Source of the DNA: Nitrospirota bacterium
GTDB taxonomy: Bacteria > Nitrospirota > Leptospirillia > Leptospirillales > Leptospirillaceae
Assembly: GCA_027314645.1 (NCBI GenBank)
Contig: DAHVAL010000007.1
Location: 18,758-82,757, forward strand
Direction of reading: 5' to 3'
DNA length: 64,000 nt
The notes under the pieces are model-generated. The model did not search any database. It had not been told where the DNA came from and saw only the letters and a list, made by a program, of their open reading frames with translations. A program made the translations under genes and the position numbers. Shown here piece by piece: positions 47,906 to 56,572 of the stretch. The number at the start of each line of letters is the position of its first letter. The first letter of the stretch is position 1.

Positions 47906-49084
47906 TCACACCTTAACCCCCATTTTTTTATTTATTTTCTGTGTGAACAGGTCATTTAAGAATTCCACGATTTCATATCCGTTAAAATTTATCATTATAT
48001 GGAGTCTTAGGTCTTTTGAAATCCTTTCTCGTTCCTTTTCAAACACAGGATTGGTGGCTTCTTCCAACGCCTGAAGAAGACCCTCTTCATCCTCCGAGGT
48101 AAATCTTCTCCCATATTTCCAGTTATCCGTAATATCAACGGCCGCAGGTATTTCCTTGACCCCTGTCGTAACCGGATAACAACCACAGGCACTGGCTTCC
48201 AGGAGGGCGATCCCGAAAGATTCGTGGCGGGAGGGAAGGCAAAAAATCGCAGATTTTTTATACCACTCAAAGAGCGTCTCCCGATCCGTCAAATTCCCGA
48301 GCAATTGAATTCTCGCTCGCATGTCAGGATTGTTTTCAAATATCTTCTTTATCCATCCATGAAAGTCCTGATCGTAGGCCCCGATCAGAACCAAAGACCA
48401 ATCTTGTTTTTTGAGCCTCATGAAGGCACGAACGAGCAATTCGGAGTTTTTTTGATATGCCCCGAGCCGCGCCACAGTCAAAATTATATTTTCTTTCCTG
48501 ATTTCCCTATCAGATGAAAATGACTCAAAAAGAAGGAAGGGTATCGCTCGAGGGATTAATCCTTTCAGGGTGTTCGGATATTTTTCCTGAAGTTCCCTTA
48601 AGACTGGAGACGATTCCACACTATAAAAATCCACATAGTTGAAAAAGGGTTTCAACAGAATTCTTTTAACAATACTTCTCAAATAATCGATATGGATAAT
48701 CCCATAATCCGTATCCGCCTTTACGTAAACAAGACCATTTCGATTGAATTTCTTATACATAAATGAATAAATCAGTGTTTCTTTTGAGAATCCCGTCAGA
48801 TGAAGAACATCAATCTCCTGCGCATGCTTTTTCAAGTATTGGACGACCGGTCCATTCAACACATTGCGGATGGAGCGTCCATTCATTTCATGTTGGGGAT
48901 TGGGTCTGTCGATAAACTTCAATTCAATCCCCTTCACTATAGTCTCAGCATAGGGGTAATCGCCGGATTTGTGACACACAATCGTGACGTTATATCCGAT
49001 GTGCTTATAGAGAAAAAAAGGGATTGCTCCTTCTTTGATCAGATTAATATTTGTAGTTTCCGGATTGATCAATGTAAGCCTCAT
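47906..49084 (-). CDS. Family 4 (GT-B, group 1) glycosyltransferase
   Basis: FCLPSRHESFGIALLEASACGCYPVTT (EX7E-type motif). 392 aa, AT-rich. Confidence 0.85.
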   Translation of the reverse strand: MRLTLINPETTNINLIKEGAIPFFLYKHIGYNVTIVCHKSGDYPYAETIVKGIELKFIDRPNPQHEMNGRSIRNVLNGPVVQYLKKHAQEIDVLHLTGFSKETLIYSFMYKKFNRNGLVYVKADTDYGIIHIDYLRSIVKRILLKPFFNYVDFYSVESSPVLRELQEKYPNTLKGLIPRAIPFLLFESFSSDREIRKENIILTVARLGAYQKNSELLVRAFMRLKKQDWSLVLIGAYDQDFHGWIKKIFENNPDMRARIQLLGNLTDRETLFEWYKKSAIFCLPSRHESFGIALLEASACGCYPVTTGVKEIPAAVDITDNWKYGRRFTSEDEEGLLQALEEATNPVFEKERERISKDLRLHIMINFNGYEIVEFLNDLFTQKINKKMGVKV

Positions 49085-49228
49085 TCAGTCGAACCTCCAA
49101 TATTCTTGATTCAAAACGATTCTTAACCGATCAACGCCAGGATTTTTAAGCTGGATGTAAAAAAAATACGGGAGACAACAAGGTTCACTTTATGTGAAAA
49201 AATCAAAGAAATCTCATGTCATTCAGCA

Positions 49229-50200
49229 TTAATGGAATAAACGGGTGAAATCCTTTTTCCACGTATAAAGACGCGTTGAAATTTTGATGACCCGTCTGCA
49301 AACCCTTTCATATAAACTTTTTTTCCCCCCTGGCACCTGATCCTTGAAGGGCCAAAGTTCCTGAACATCCCTGATCGCCCACTTTTCTTCTATGGTCAGA
49401 TGCCTGTCGTGACCACAAATCACAGGGCTCCGTTTGACGTTTGAGTCCGTCAGACGAATGAAATGATGGACATACGAAGCCCCCAGTATCATCGGGCTGT
49501 TTTTAAATTTCCCTTCCCTTTTCAGTTTTTCGACGGTCAAATACAAATCCCAATCCGCCGATTGAATTCTGGGATCGAGTCCCCCCAACGATTCGAAGGT
49601 TTCCCTCTTCAGTAAATGGCAGTGTCCCATGATGCCCGGATATCGAACATCGCTGTACCTTTTCTGAATTTGCGTCGCCGCATCGTTAAAGTCTCCATAC
49701 ATCCTTTGAATTTTTTCCGAAATGTTTTTTTCTCTCTCGTCGCTCCACTTTCTCCTGTTAATCGTTCGCCAGCGCTGAAAGAGTTTTTCTTCAAACCTAT
49801 GATCGGGAAAATGTTCAAGGCCCGAGGGGCTCACCACGGGGTACTCGTTTTCCAGAAGTCCTTTCACCAACGGTTCCTCCCACCCAGGCCCGACAAGAAT
49901 ATCGTTGTTCAAAAGACCCACGATCGGGGCGCTTCCGGCCCTGACCCCCTGATTGACGGAGACGGGGTAACATTGGTTATGGGGATTTCTGATAACAAGT
50001 ACTGGTCGGATCGGGGAATTTTGGCTTTCAAAAAAATCGGCCGACCGGTCCTGGGAACAATTGTCGACGACGATGAGGCGGAAAGGATTCGAGGTATTTC
50101 GTGACAAAGTGTCGAAAAAAACCCTATTCATTTCGATTTGTCCATGGATCGGAACAATGAGATCGAGAAGGGGAGAATCCGAATTGGCAGCGGGGGTCAT
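49229..50200 (-). CDS. Family 2 glycosyltransferase
   Basis: ATG 50200 overlaps the upstream stop (ATGA at 50197-50200); the track ORF extends to 50251. Motifs LDLIVPIHGQ, FRLIVVDNCSQD and LLNNDILV. Confidence 0.8.
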   Translation of the reverse strand: MTPAANSDSPLLDLIVPIHGQIEMNRVFFDTLSRNTSNPFRLIVVDNCSQDRSADFFESQNSPIRPVLVIRNPHNQCYPVSVNQGVRAGSAPIVGLLNNDILVGPGWEEPLVKGLLENEYPVVSPSGLEHFPDHRFEEKLFQRWRTINRRKWSDEREKNISEKIQRMYGDFNDAATQIQKRYSDVRYPGIMGHCHLLKRETFESLGGLDPRIQSADWDLYLTVEKLKREGKFKNSPMILGASYVHHFIRLTDSNVKRSPVICGHDRHLTIEEKWAIRDVQELWPFKDQVPGGKKSLYERVCRRVIKISTRLYTWKKDFTRLFH

Positions 50201-51129
50201 CCCTTGAACCCGTGCCTTAGGACAAACCTGTAGAAATCCGGGTTGAGCCAACGATTTTTCTTCGGAGGAAGGGCCGGAAAGGCCTTGATCCGTTCCTCCA
50301 TCACCTTTGGATGGATCCCTTTGAAATCTTTAAGAATATAATACCGTTCCGGCATGAATTCCTTGAGGGACAACACCTGGCTGTCCGTAGGATTTGGTGT
50401 CCCTTCCCAATACCATTCCACTTGAGTCCGCACCTTTTCCCGGAGAAGAGCCGGACTTTTAACCCATCCATAATGATAGATGTGTCCAGGGGTGTACTCC
50501 CAAAGATCTCTCTCGTTTTTCCCGAGATAGAGGGTGTCCGACGCACGGGCAAAGCCCACCGCATCTCCCACTGAAATCACGGATCCGCCGGGTCTTACGA
50601 TTCTCATTGCACGGCGATAGGCCCAGGGATCAAGGGAATTGAAATCTCCGACAAAATGCTTGTAGCGAGACATGAGCCCCAGGATTTTCCGATTGTCCTT
50701 GTGAGTCCTCATAGAAGTGAGGAACCCTTCATAATCCTTTTCATGGAGGATTTCATCGGCTTGGAGATAGAAGGCCCAATCGGCGTCCTTTCGGCAATTC
50801 GCCAGGGCGATGTTCGTTTGTTGGGCATAAATAAGCCCATCCTTGCGAAGCGACATATCCCAAATCGATTCGATGATCTTTATTTTTGGATCTTTGATGG
50901 ACCGGACCAAGTCCAGGGTGTCATCTTCCGAATCGCCGACATTGATGACCATTTCATCGACGATCGGGAGGACGGACTTGATCGACTCTATGAAGGGATA
51001 GTCCAACTTTAGGACATTCCTGACAAATGTAAATCCTGACACAATCATTGGACCCTCTTTGATCACTTTTCCATCCCTTTCATCACCCCTCAATATTGAA
51101 GGAGAGAATTTCTTCCCTCGATCCGTCAT
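50197..51129 (-). CDS. Glycosyltransferase family 2-like protein
   Basis: MIVSGFTFVRNVLKLDYPFIESIKSVLPIVDEMVINVGDSEDDT matches a widespread GT2-annotated family. The start is either ATG 51129 (ATGA overlap with the upstream stop) or ATG 51048. Confidence 0.7.
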   Translation of the reverse strand: MTDRGKKFSPSILRGDERDGKVIKEGPMIVSGFTFVRNVLKLDYPFIESIKSVLPIVDEMVINVGDSEDDTLDLVRSIKDPKIKIIESIWDMSLRKDGLIYAQQTNIALANCRKDADWAFYLQADEILHEKDYEGFLTSMRTHKDNRKILGLMSRYKHFVGDFNSLDPWAYRRAMRIVRPGGSVISVGDAVGFARASDTLYLGKNERDLWEYTPGHIYHYGWVKSPALLREKVRTQVEWYWEGTPNPTDSQVLSLKEFMPERYYILKDFKGIHPKVMEERIKAFPALPPKKNRWLNPDFYRFVLRHGFKG

Positions 51130-52916
51130 CCTCCGGAGACCCCAGGCAGGATCTTGAGCCGAAAAAGGGACGCCTTTACAAGCCAGCGAAAGGTCCGAAA
51201 CGATTTTTTCGCCTGAAATGCCACCCACGCGACCCGAAGCGCATCGTTATAAAATCCGAGGGAGCAACAGGCTTTGACGATTCCGACAAGATCCTCATAG
51301 CCTCCCCAACGCGAAAAAGTTAAAAGCGACACATATTGAGTGGAGGAGGAAAGAGTTCCCCTCCCCTCCCTCCAGGACATCCGGATCTTTTGAGGATTTC
51401 CACGTTTTTCAAAGAGGTCGGCACGCAAGAATTGCATCGTTGTTCCCCCTGATTCAGATATGGAGGGGCTGTTGATTGAGTCAAGGAAATATCCCAGACG
51501 AGACATCCAGAATATCAGCGCATCTTGAGTCCAACGAACCGCCGGCCCATCCCTGGGGATTTCCGAACCCTCGGTCTCTTGCACCAATCCAAGAATATTC
51601 GATGGCCTCAAGGACCTGATCTCCTTTTCGGCGCTTTCCACAAAAGCCCGTAATGAAAGATCGACCGTGGCATCAAAAAAAAGAGTCTCGCTCCCGTTAG
51701 GAGACTTGGACCTCCGCATCGTCGTTTGTTCAGAGGGACGCACCTCCCGTTCATCGATCTCCAAGCCGCATACGCAAAGGAAAGACAAGCCTCTCGGCCC
51801 AGTCCCCGACAAAAAGTGCGCGGCTCGTTCACAAGCCGGACATCGGGGGATCTGCCGATCGGCGTTTGCACGTCGATTCCACAGAAAAGATGCAGCATCC
51901 GCGACAGTTTCGAGGGAGGCTATTTCTTTTGAGGAGTCAAATCCTTCGACGCCATACAGGGCCCAAGGGGACAACGCCCTCACTTCAAACGGGATGGTTT
52001 TTTTCTCGACAAAAATACCGACCATCGGAAGATCAAACGCCGCGGCCATGTGACTCGGACCCGAATCGAGCCCCACATAGAGCCCGGCCCGTGCCAGAAG
52101 GCCGCTGACCTGCCCCAGGGTCAGGCCGGTCGCCATTATCACTTCTTCATTGGGGAATTCTCCGATCTCCGGGTAGGAGACGATGACGCTCCGAAGACCA
52201 TGCCTTTCGCGAAGAATGTCGATCAAGGCCGCAAAATTGTCTTTCGGCCACATCTTGTTTGGCCACGAGTAAGGGGCCATGACGATGTATTGACCATCCT
52301 GCAAGGAATGATCTTTCAAAAATCGTCCGGCAAAGTCACGGTCATGATCGGTGGTCGGCAAAAACGGGCGGGCTTTTTCTTTTAGAGCAAGTCCGATGGT
52401 TCTCGATATTGCCTCAAGGGTCGTTTCCCCCCGCGCATGTCGATCCGGCATCGGGAAATGATCGTAGGCCAGAAACGCGGCCCCTGGCCAGGTTCTTGTC
52501 TCCTGAAGAATGTCCTTACGGGCATTTCCATAGGGATCGTTCGTTCCAGACTTTGACCGGGGATCCATCGCGGTCGGATACCATCGAATCTCAATGTCCG
52601 GGATTCTGAGGACCAACTCCTCCCATCGACGATCGGCATAGACACAATAAGAAGCCCTTGGGAAACGGTCCTTCACTTCCTGGAGGACCCGGAACCCATT
52701 CACATGATCGCCAAGCCCCTGCCCAAGAACAAAAAAAAGTTTTCCGGAGAAATTTGAAGGGAAGCACCCCACATGAAAAAGAGGAATCCGATTCCAGGTA
52801 AGAGGGCTCTCTGGAATTTGTGGAAGAATTCCGGGAGTGGGAGTCGCAAAGATTTCGTCTCTATTGTTCAAACTTAAACTCTTCGATTGATCTAACCTCA
52901 TCAGGCCGAAATCCAT
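51126..52916 (-). CDS. Family 9 glycosyltransferase with a Cys4 zinc-ribbon and C-terminal extension (paralogue of 43331..45010)
   Basis: GT9 motif YVGLDSGPSHMAAAFDLPMVGIF. Zinc ribbon CPAC-x18-CVC at 51768-51842. About 210 aa lie beyond the ribbon. Confidence 0.8.
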   Translation of the reverse strand: MDFGLMRLDQSKSLSLNNRDEIFATPTPGILPQIPESPLTWNRIPLFHVGCFPSNFSGKLFFVLGQGLGDHVNGFRVLQEVKDRFPRASYCVYADRRWEELVLRIPDIEIRWYPTAMDPRSKSGTNDPYGNARKDILQETRTWPGAAFLAYDHFPMPDRHARGETTLEAISRTIGLALKEKARPFLPTTDHDRDFAGRFLKDHSLQDGQYIVMAPYSWPNKMWPKDNFAALIDILRERHGLRSVIVSYPEIGEFPNEEVIMATGLTLGQVSGLLARAGLYVGLDSGPSHMAAAFDLPMVGIFVEKKTIPFEVRALSPWALYGVEGFDSSKEIASLETVADAASFLWNRRANADRQIPRCPACERAAHFLSGTGPRGLSFLCVCGLEIDEREVRPSEQTTMRRSKSPNGSETLFFDATVDLSLRAFVESAEKEIRSLRPSNILGLVQETEGSEIPRDGPAVRWTQDALIFWMSRLGYFLDSINSPSISESGGTTMQFLRADLFEKRGNPQKIRMSWREGRGTLSSSTQYVSLLTFSRWGGYEDLVGIVKACCSLGFYNDALRVAWVAFQAKKSFRTFRWLVKASLFRLKILPGVSGG

Positions 52917-52989
52917 TCTACCATTCGAAAAGCCTAAATTTTAACCCTTTGTCATAAATAAAACTGATCATTCCAAAAAAACAAGACGC

Positions 52990-54105
52990 CTATCCTGTTT
53001 TTCGGGAAGAGTGGCAGTACATGCATGAATGATCTTTTTCAAAGAGGGTCACTAAAAATTGCTCTGTTATTTCCGCAGGTATTCCATTTTCATATATTTG
53101 TCCACTTTTATATTTTTCAGCGCGTAAGGAGAGTGGGAGGTAGGAGCGGAACAAATGCTTGACCGATTTAACGTCGAGGGGATTTTCCTTGAGAGCCCTC
53201 CATAAAAGGATCCGAGCGAATCGCTCGCCTTTGGGAGTGGCAAGAAAGTCATAACTTATCTCTCTCAGCCATCTGGACTTCAACCATTGTAAATCCTTCC
53301 TGACCCATGGATTTTCCAATAGATTGTGATCCTGCAAAAAATTTCTAATTTTCGAATAAAAATAATCCTGATTCAAAAGAAGCCGGAATTTTCTTACATT
53401 ATCTACCCGTTTCCTTTTGAGAAACTCGGGGGATGGCATCCGAAAACGAATGATCGATTGTCCGACATCGATAAAGCGTCCCAATTGGGCCATTCTGAAA
53501 TAAAAATCTGTCTCTTCGAGCAAAATCGGATTGAAGTGGTTGTCGAAATAATGAATCTCTTCAGCGCGCTCTTTCTTAAGCATGATCGAGGACGGTCTTG
53601 GTTCGGGAAATCGAAGACAGACCTCTGTTCCGGTATGAGAACTTGAGGACACAAAAAAAGGAAAGTCGGCATCCTTCGCCATTGGCTCAAGGATAGTCTT
53701 GTTGTCGTGGGAGACCTTATCAACCCTCCCGTAACAAAGAACCGCGTCCGGATGATCGTTCAAGGCCTTTTTCTGAAGGACCAGCCGTTCAGGATACATG
53801 ATGTCATCATCGTCCAAAAAAGCGACAAACTTTCCACGGGACTCGATAAATCCTCGGTTTCTGGAAAACGAACTCCCTTGGTTTTCCTCATGAAAAACGC
53901 GGATTTTATCTTTGTTTAAAAGGTGATACCTTTTGATCACCTCTTTCGTATCGCGTGAGGCATTGTTGTCGACAAGAATCAATTCCCAATCCTTTTCGGA
54001 TTGGGAATTGACGGACTCGATGGCTTCCGCGAGGTACTCACCTGCACGAAAGCATGGAATCACAACAGATATCGCGGGAACCGGATGTCCTTCCCCTTCC
54101 CTCAA
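52990..54105 (-). CDS. Family 2 glycosyltransferase (paralogue of 45216..46298)
   Basis: ISVVIPCFRAGEYLAEAIESVNSQSEKDWELILVDNNAS, LDDDD, LLEETDFYFRM. The TTG start overlaps the upstream stop (TTGA at 54102-54105). Confidence 0.85.
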   Translation of the reverse strand: MREGEGHPVPAISVVIPCFRAGEYLAEAIESVNSQSEKDWELILVDNNASRDTKEVIKRYHLLNKDKIRVFHEENQGSSFSRNRGFIESRGKFVAFLDDDDIMYPERLVLQKKALNDHPDAVLCYGRVDKVSHDNKTILEPMAKDADFPFFVSSSSHTGTEVCLRFPEPRPSSIMLKKERAEEIHYFDNHFNPILLEETDFYFRMAQLGRFIDVGQSIIRFRMPSPEFLKRKRVDNVRKFRLLLNQDYFYSKIRNFLQDHNLLENPWVRKDLQWLKSRWLREISYDFLATPKGERFARILLWRALKENPLDVKSVKHLFRSYLPLSLRAEKYKSGQIYENGIPAEITEQFLVTLFEKDHSCMYCHSSRKTG

Positions 54106-54689
54106 ACCCCATACTCCCGGAGAATTTCATCCACCACCCTTTGACGCGAAGGGTCCCCCACCTTTGTGTTGTAAAGTTCGCCCAAAAGTTTTTTTCCATC
54201 CTGGGCGTCTGAACGGGCTCCCGTTTCCCAATGGAGGCGCATCAGGACTTCGAGAAGCTTGTTTTCCACAATCTGAATCGATTGTCCGATTTTTCCAAGA
54301 TTCTGCTGGACAAGGTCCTGAAATCCAAGAGCGCCCATCACCCGAAGTGTGCTCTGGTGATCCTGAGAAAGAAGCGATTCTAGGGTCGTCTGAAAGTCCA
54401 ATGTTAAGGGAGTGCTCGCTTGAAGAAGAGCATTGGCCATCTTCTTCTGAATTTCAAGCTGCTCCTCGATGAGGGACATGATTGATTGGCTTGCTTCTTC
54501 CGTCATCGACGAGACTTTGGAAAGAGATTCCGTGGCTCCGGGGAGAAACACCTGAGCCGAGACCAATGGACCTGTCAAGGCGGCGATCGTCTTTAGTGCC
54601 GAATCGATCTCTCGAACGATCAATCCCAATTGGGACGCGAGCCGTTCCGGGTCCATTTTTTGAGGGTCATTCGCCGGGTTCATCGACAT
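54102..54689 (-). CDS. CheZ-like protein (putative CheY-P phosphatase)
   Basis: MGALGFQDLVQQNLGKIGQSIQIVENKLLEVLMR aligns by eye with the E. coli CheZ active-site helix ([15 protein letters not shown]...). The C-terminal SRQRVVDEILREYGV resembles the CheZ CheY-binding peptide (DQVDDLLDSLGF). AAGGAGG lies 4 nt before ATG 54689; the alternative start is ATG 54734. Confidence 0.6.
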   Translation of the reverse strand: MSMNPANDPQKMDPERLASQLGLIVREIDSALKTIAALTGPLVSAQVFLPGATESLSKVSSMTEEASQSIMSLIEEQLEIQKKMANALLQASTPLTLDFQTTLESLLSQDHQSTLRVMGALGFQDLVQQNLGKIGQSIQIVENKLLEVLMRLHWETGARSDAQDGKKLLGELYNTKVGDPSRQRVVDEILREYGV

Positions 54690-54744
54690 CACACCTCCTT
54701 TCCCTGATGCAGGATTCGAATCCTTCCATGACATGTGCGCGGAC

Positions 54745-56532
54745 TTACATCACCTCTTCCGGAAGGACATCCCCCGTTCTCATCAAATGCGAGATGAACT
54801 GGCGGTACCGGGTATCGGTTTCCATAAGCTCCTCGTGGGTTCCGGACTCCAAAAGTTTTCCATCCTCCAGCACATGAACGATTGAAGCCTGGCGGATCGT
54901 CGTCAGTCGATGGGCGATGGCAATGGTGGTGCGTCCTTTCATGATCACGTCGAGCGCTTTTTGTACCATCCATTCAGATTCCGAATCAAGGGCGCTCGTG
55001 GCTTCATCCAGGATCAGGAGAACGGGATTTCGGAGGACGACCCTCGCCAGCGATATGCGCTGTTTCTCGCCTCCCGAAAGGAAGATTCCCCGTTCCCCCA
55101 CCTTTGTATCATACCCTTGCGGAAGAGCCGAAATAAAATCATGGGCATAGGCGGCCGTGGCCGCCTCGATCAATTCACTTTCGGACACCTCCCGTTCCAA
55201 CCCATAAATCAGGTTCTCCCGGATTGTCTGGTTCATCAAAATCACATCCTGGGTCACAAACCCGATCACTTTCCTGAGCGAGGCCGAATCGATCTCGGAC
55301 AGGGGGACGCCATCCCAGAAAATTTCCCCCTCCGTGGGCCGGTAGAACTTCGGAAGCAAATTGGCCAAGGTGCTCTTTCCCGATCCCGAGGCCCCCACGA
55401 GGGCCACGAATGTTCCAGCCTTAAGCGTGAGAGAGAGATTGGAGAGAGCGTTCTTGCCAGCCCCGGGATAGGAGAAGGAGACGTTCCTGAATTCGAGTCC
55501 CTGCGAGAGAGACCCGATTTGCTGTTTCTCCGTTTCGTGAACTCTCTCCTCGGGAACGGAAAGAATGTCCACCATTCTTTCCGCCGCCGCAAGAGACTGC
55601 TGAATATCGGCCTGCGCTCCGGCAAATCCTTTGATGGGCTGATAGAGCATCTGGGCCGCCGCAATAAACCCGACCAGAGTTCCAAAGCTCAATGTTCCGT
55701 GGATGACCGCGTATCCGCCGATCCACACCGCAAGGCCCGCCGCAAGGGCTCCGAGAGTTTCCATGATGGGGGAAAGAAGATTGTTGTACTTGGCGGTCTT
55801 GATCTGAAATCCGACGAATTCGTTGCTGTATTCTCTGAATTTTTGCCGCTCCCGATCTTCCGAGACCACGCCTTTGATCAGGCGGATCGAGGATAACGTC
55901 TCGGAGAGATGCTGGTTCACATCCCCAAACGATTCCTGGGTCTTGCGGGAGAGAGTCTTAAGTTTTTTCCCGGTCTTCCGGATCGGGATCAGGACAAGGG
56001 GCAGTGTCACGAGGAGGAATAGCGTGAGCTTGGGGCTCATCAAAAACATCGAGGCCAGAACCCCTACAATGGTGAACCCCTGCTGGATCAAGTCCCGAAA
56101 GGTGTTGGCCACCCCACCCTGGAGCCTCTCTGCGTCGTACGTGACGCGACTCATCAGGGACCCCGTTCCCTCGCGGCCAAAATACCCCAAAGGTAAAGAC
56201 AAAAGGTGTCCGACCAGGCTTGTGCGCACGTCGTTCACCATCCGAAGGGCGGCAATGCGCAGAAGATAGTTCTGGTAAAAGACGGCCACCCCCTTGACGG
56301 CAAAAAGCAGGAAAAATGCGAGCGGGAGGACAAAGAGATAGTGCGTGTCCTTCAAGGTGAAGATCTTGTCGATCAGCTCCCTGAGAACAAGAGGGATGCC
56401 GCTATTCATGGCGGAGGCGACAATTCCTAAAAGGATTCCCCCCACGATATACCGTTTGTAGGGGCGGATCCATGCATGAAAATACGGCCTGATCCGAAGA
56501 TACGCCGGATCCTTCCAAAACAGGAACGTCAT
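54745..56532 (-). CDS. msbA: ABC transporter, fused permease/ATPase, MsbA-like (lipid A / lipid flippase type)
   Basis: Six-TM N-terminal half. Walker A GASGSGKST, signature LSGGEKQRISLARV, Walker B LILDEATSALD. ATG 56532 (MTFLFWKD) lies within track ORF 54745..56607. Confidence 0.85.
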   Translation of the reverse strand: MTFLFWKDPAYLRIRPYFHAWIRPYKRYIVGGILLGIVASAMNSGIPLVLRELIDKIFTLKDTHYLFVLPLAFFLLFAVKGVAVFYQNYLLRIAALRMVNDVRTSLVGHLLSLPLGYFGREGTGSLMSRVTYDAERLQGGVANTFRDLIQQGFTIVGVLASMFLMSPKLTLFLLVTLPLVLIPIRKTGKKLKTLSRKTQESFGDVNQHLSETLSSIRLIKGVVSEDRERQKFREYSNEFVGFQIKTAKYNNLLSPIMETLGALAAGLAVWIGGYAVIHGTLSFGTLVGFIAAAQMLYQPIKGFAGAQADIQQSLAAAERMVDILSVPEERVHETEKQQIGSLSQGLEFRNVSFSYPGAGKNALSNLSLTLKAGTFVALVGASGSGKSTLANLLPKFYRPTEGEIFWDGVPLSEIDSASLRKVIGFVTQDVILMNQTIRENLIYGLEREVSESELIEAATAAYAHDFISALPQGYDTKVGERGIFLSGGEKQRISLARVVLRNPVLLILDEATSALDSESEWMVQKALDVIMKGRTTIAIAHRLTTIRQASIVHVLEDGKLLESGTHEELMETDTRYRQFISHLMRTGDVLPEEVM

Positions 56533-56572
56533 GGCGCGGTCGCCTCCGAAGGAGGATGAGTGTGGATGGAGG

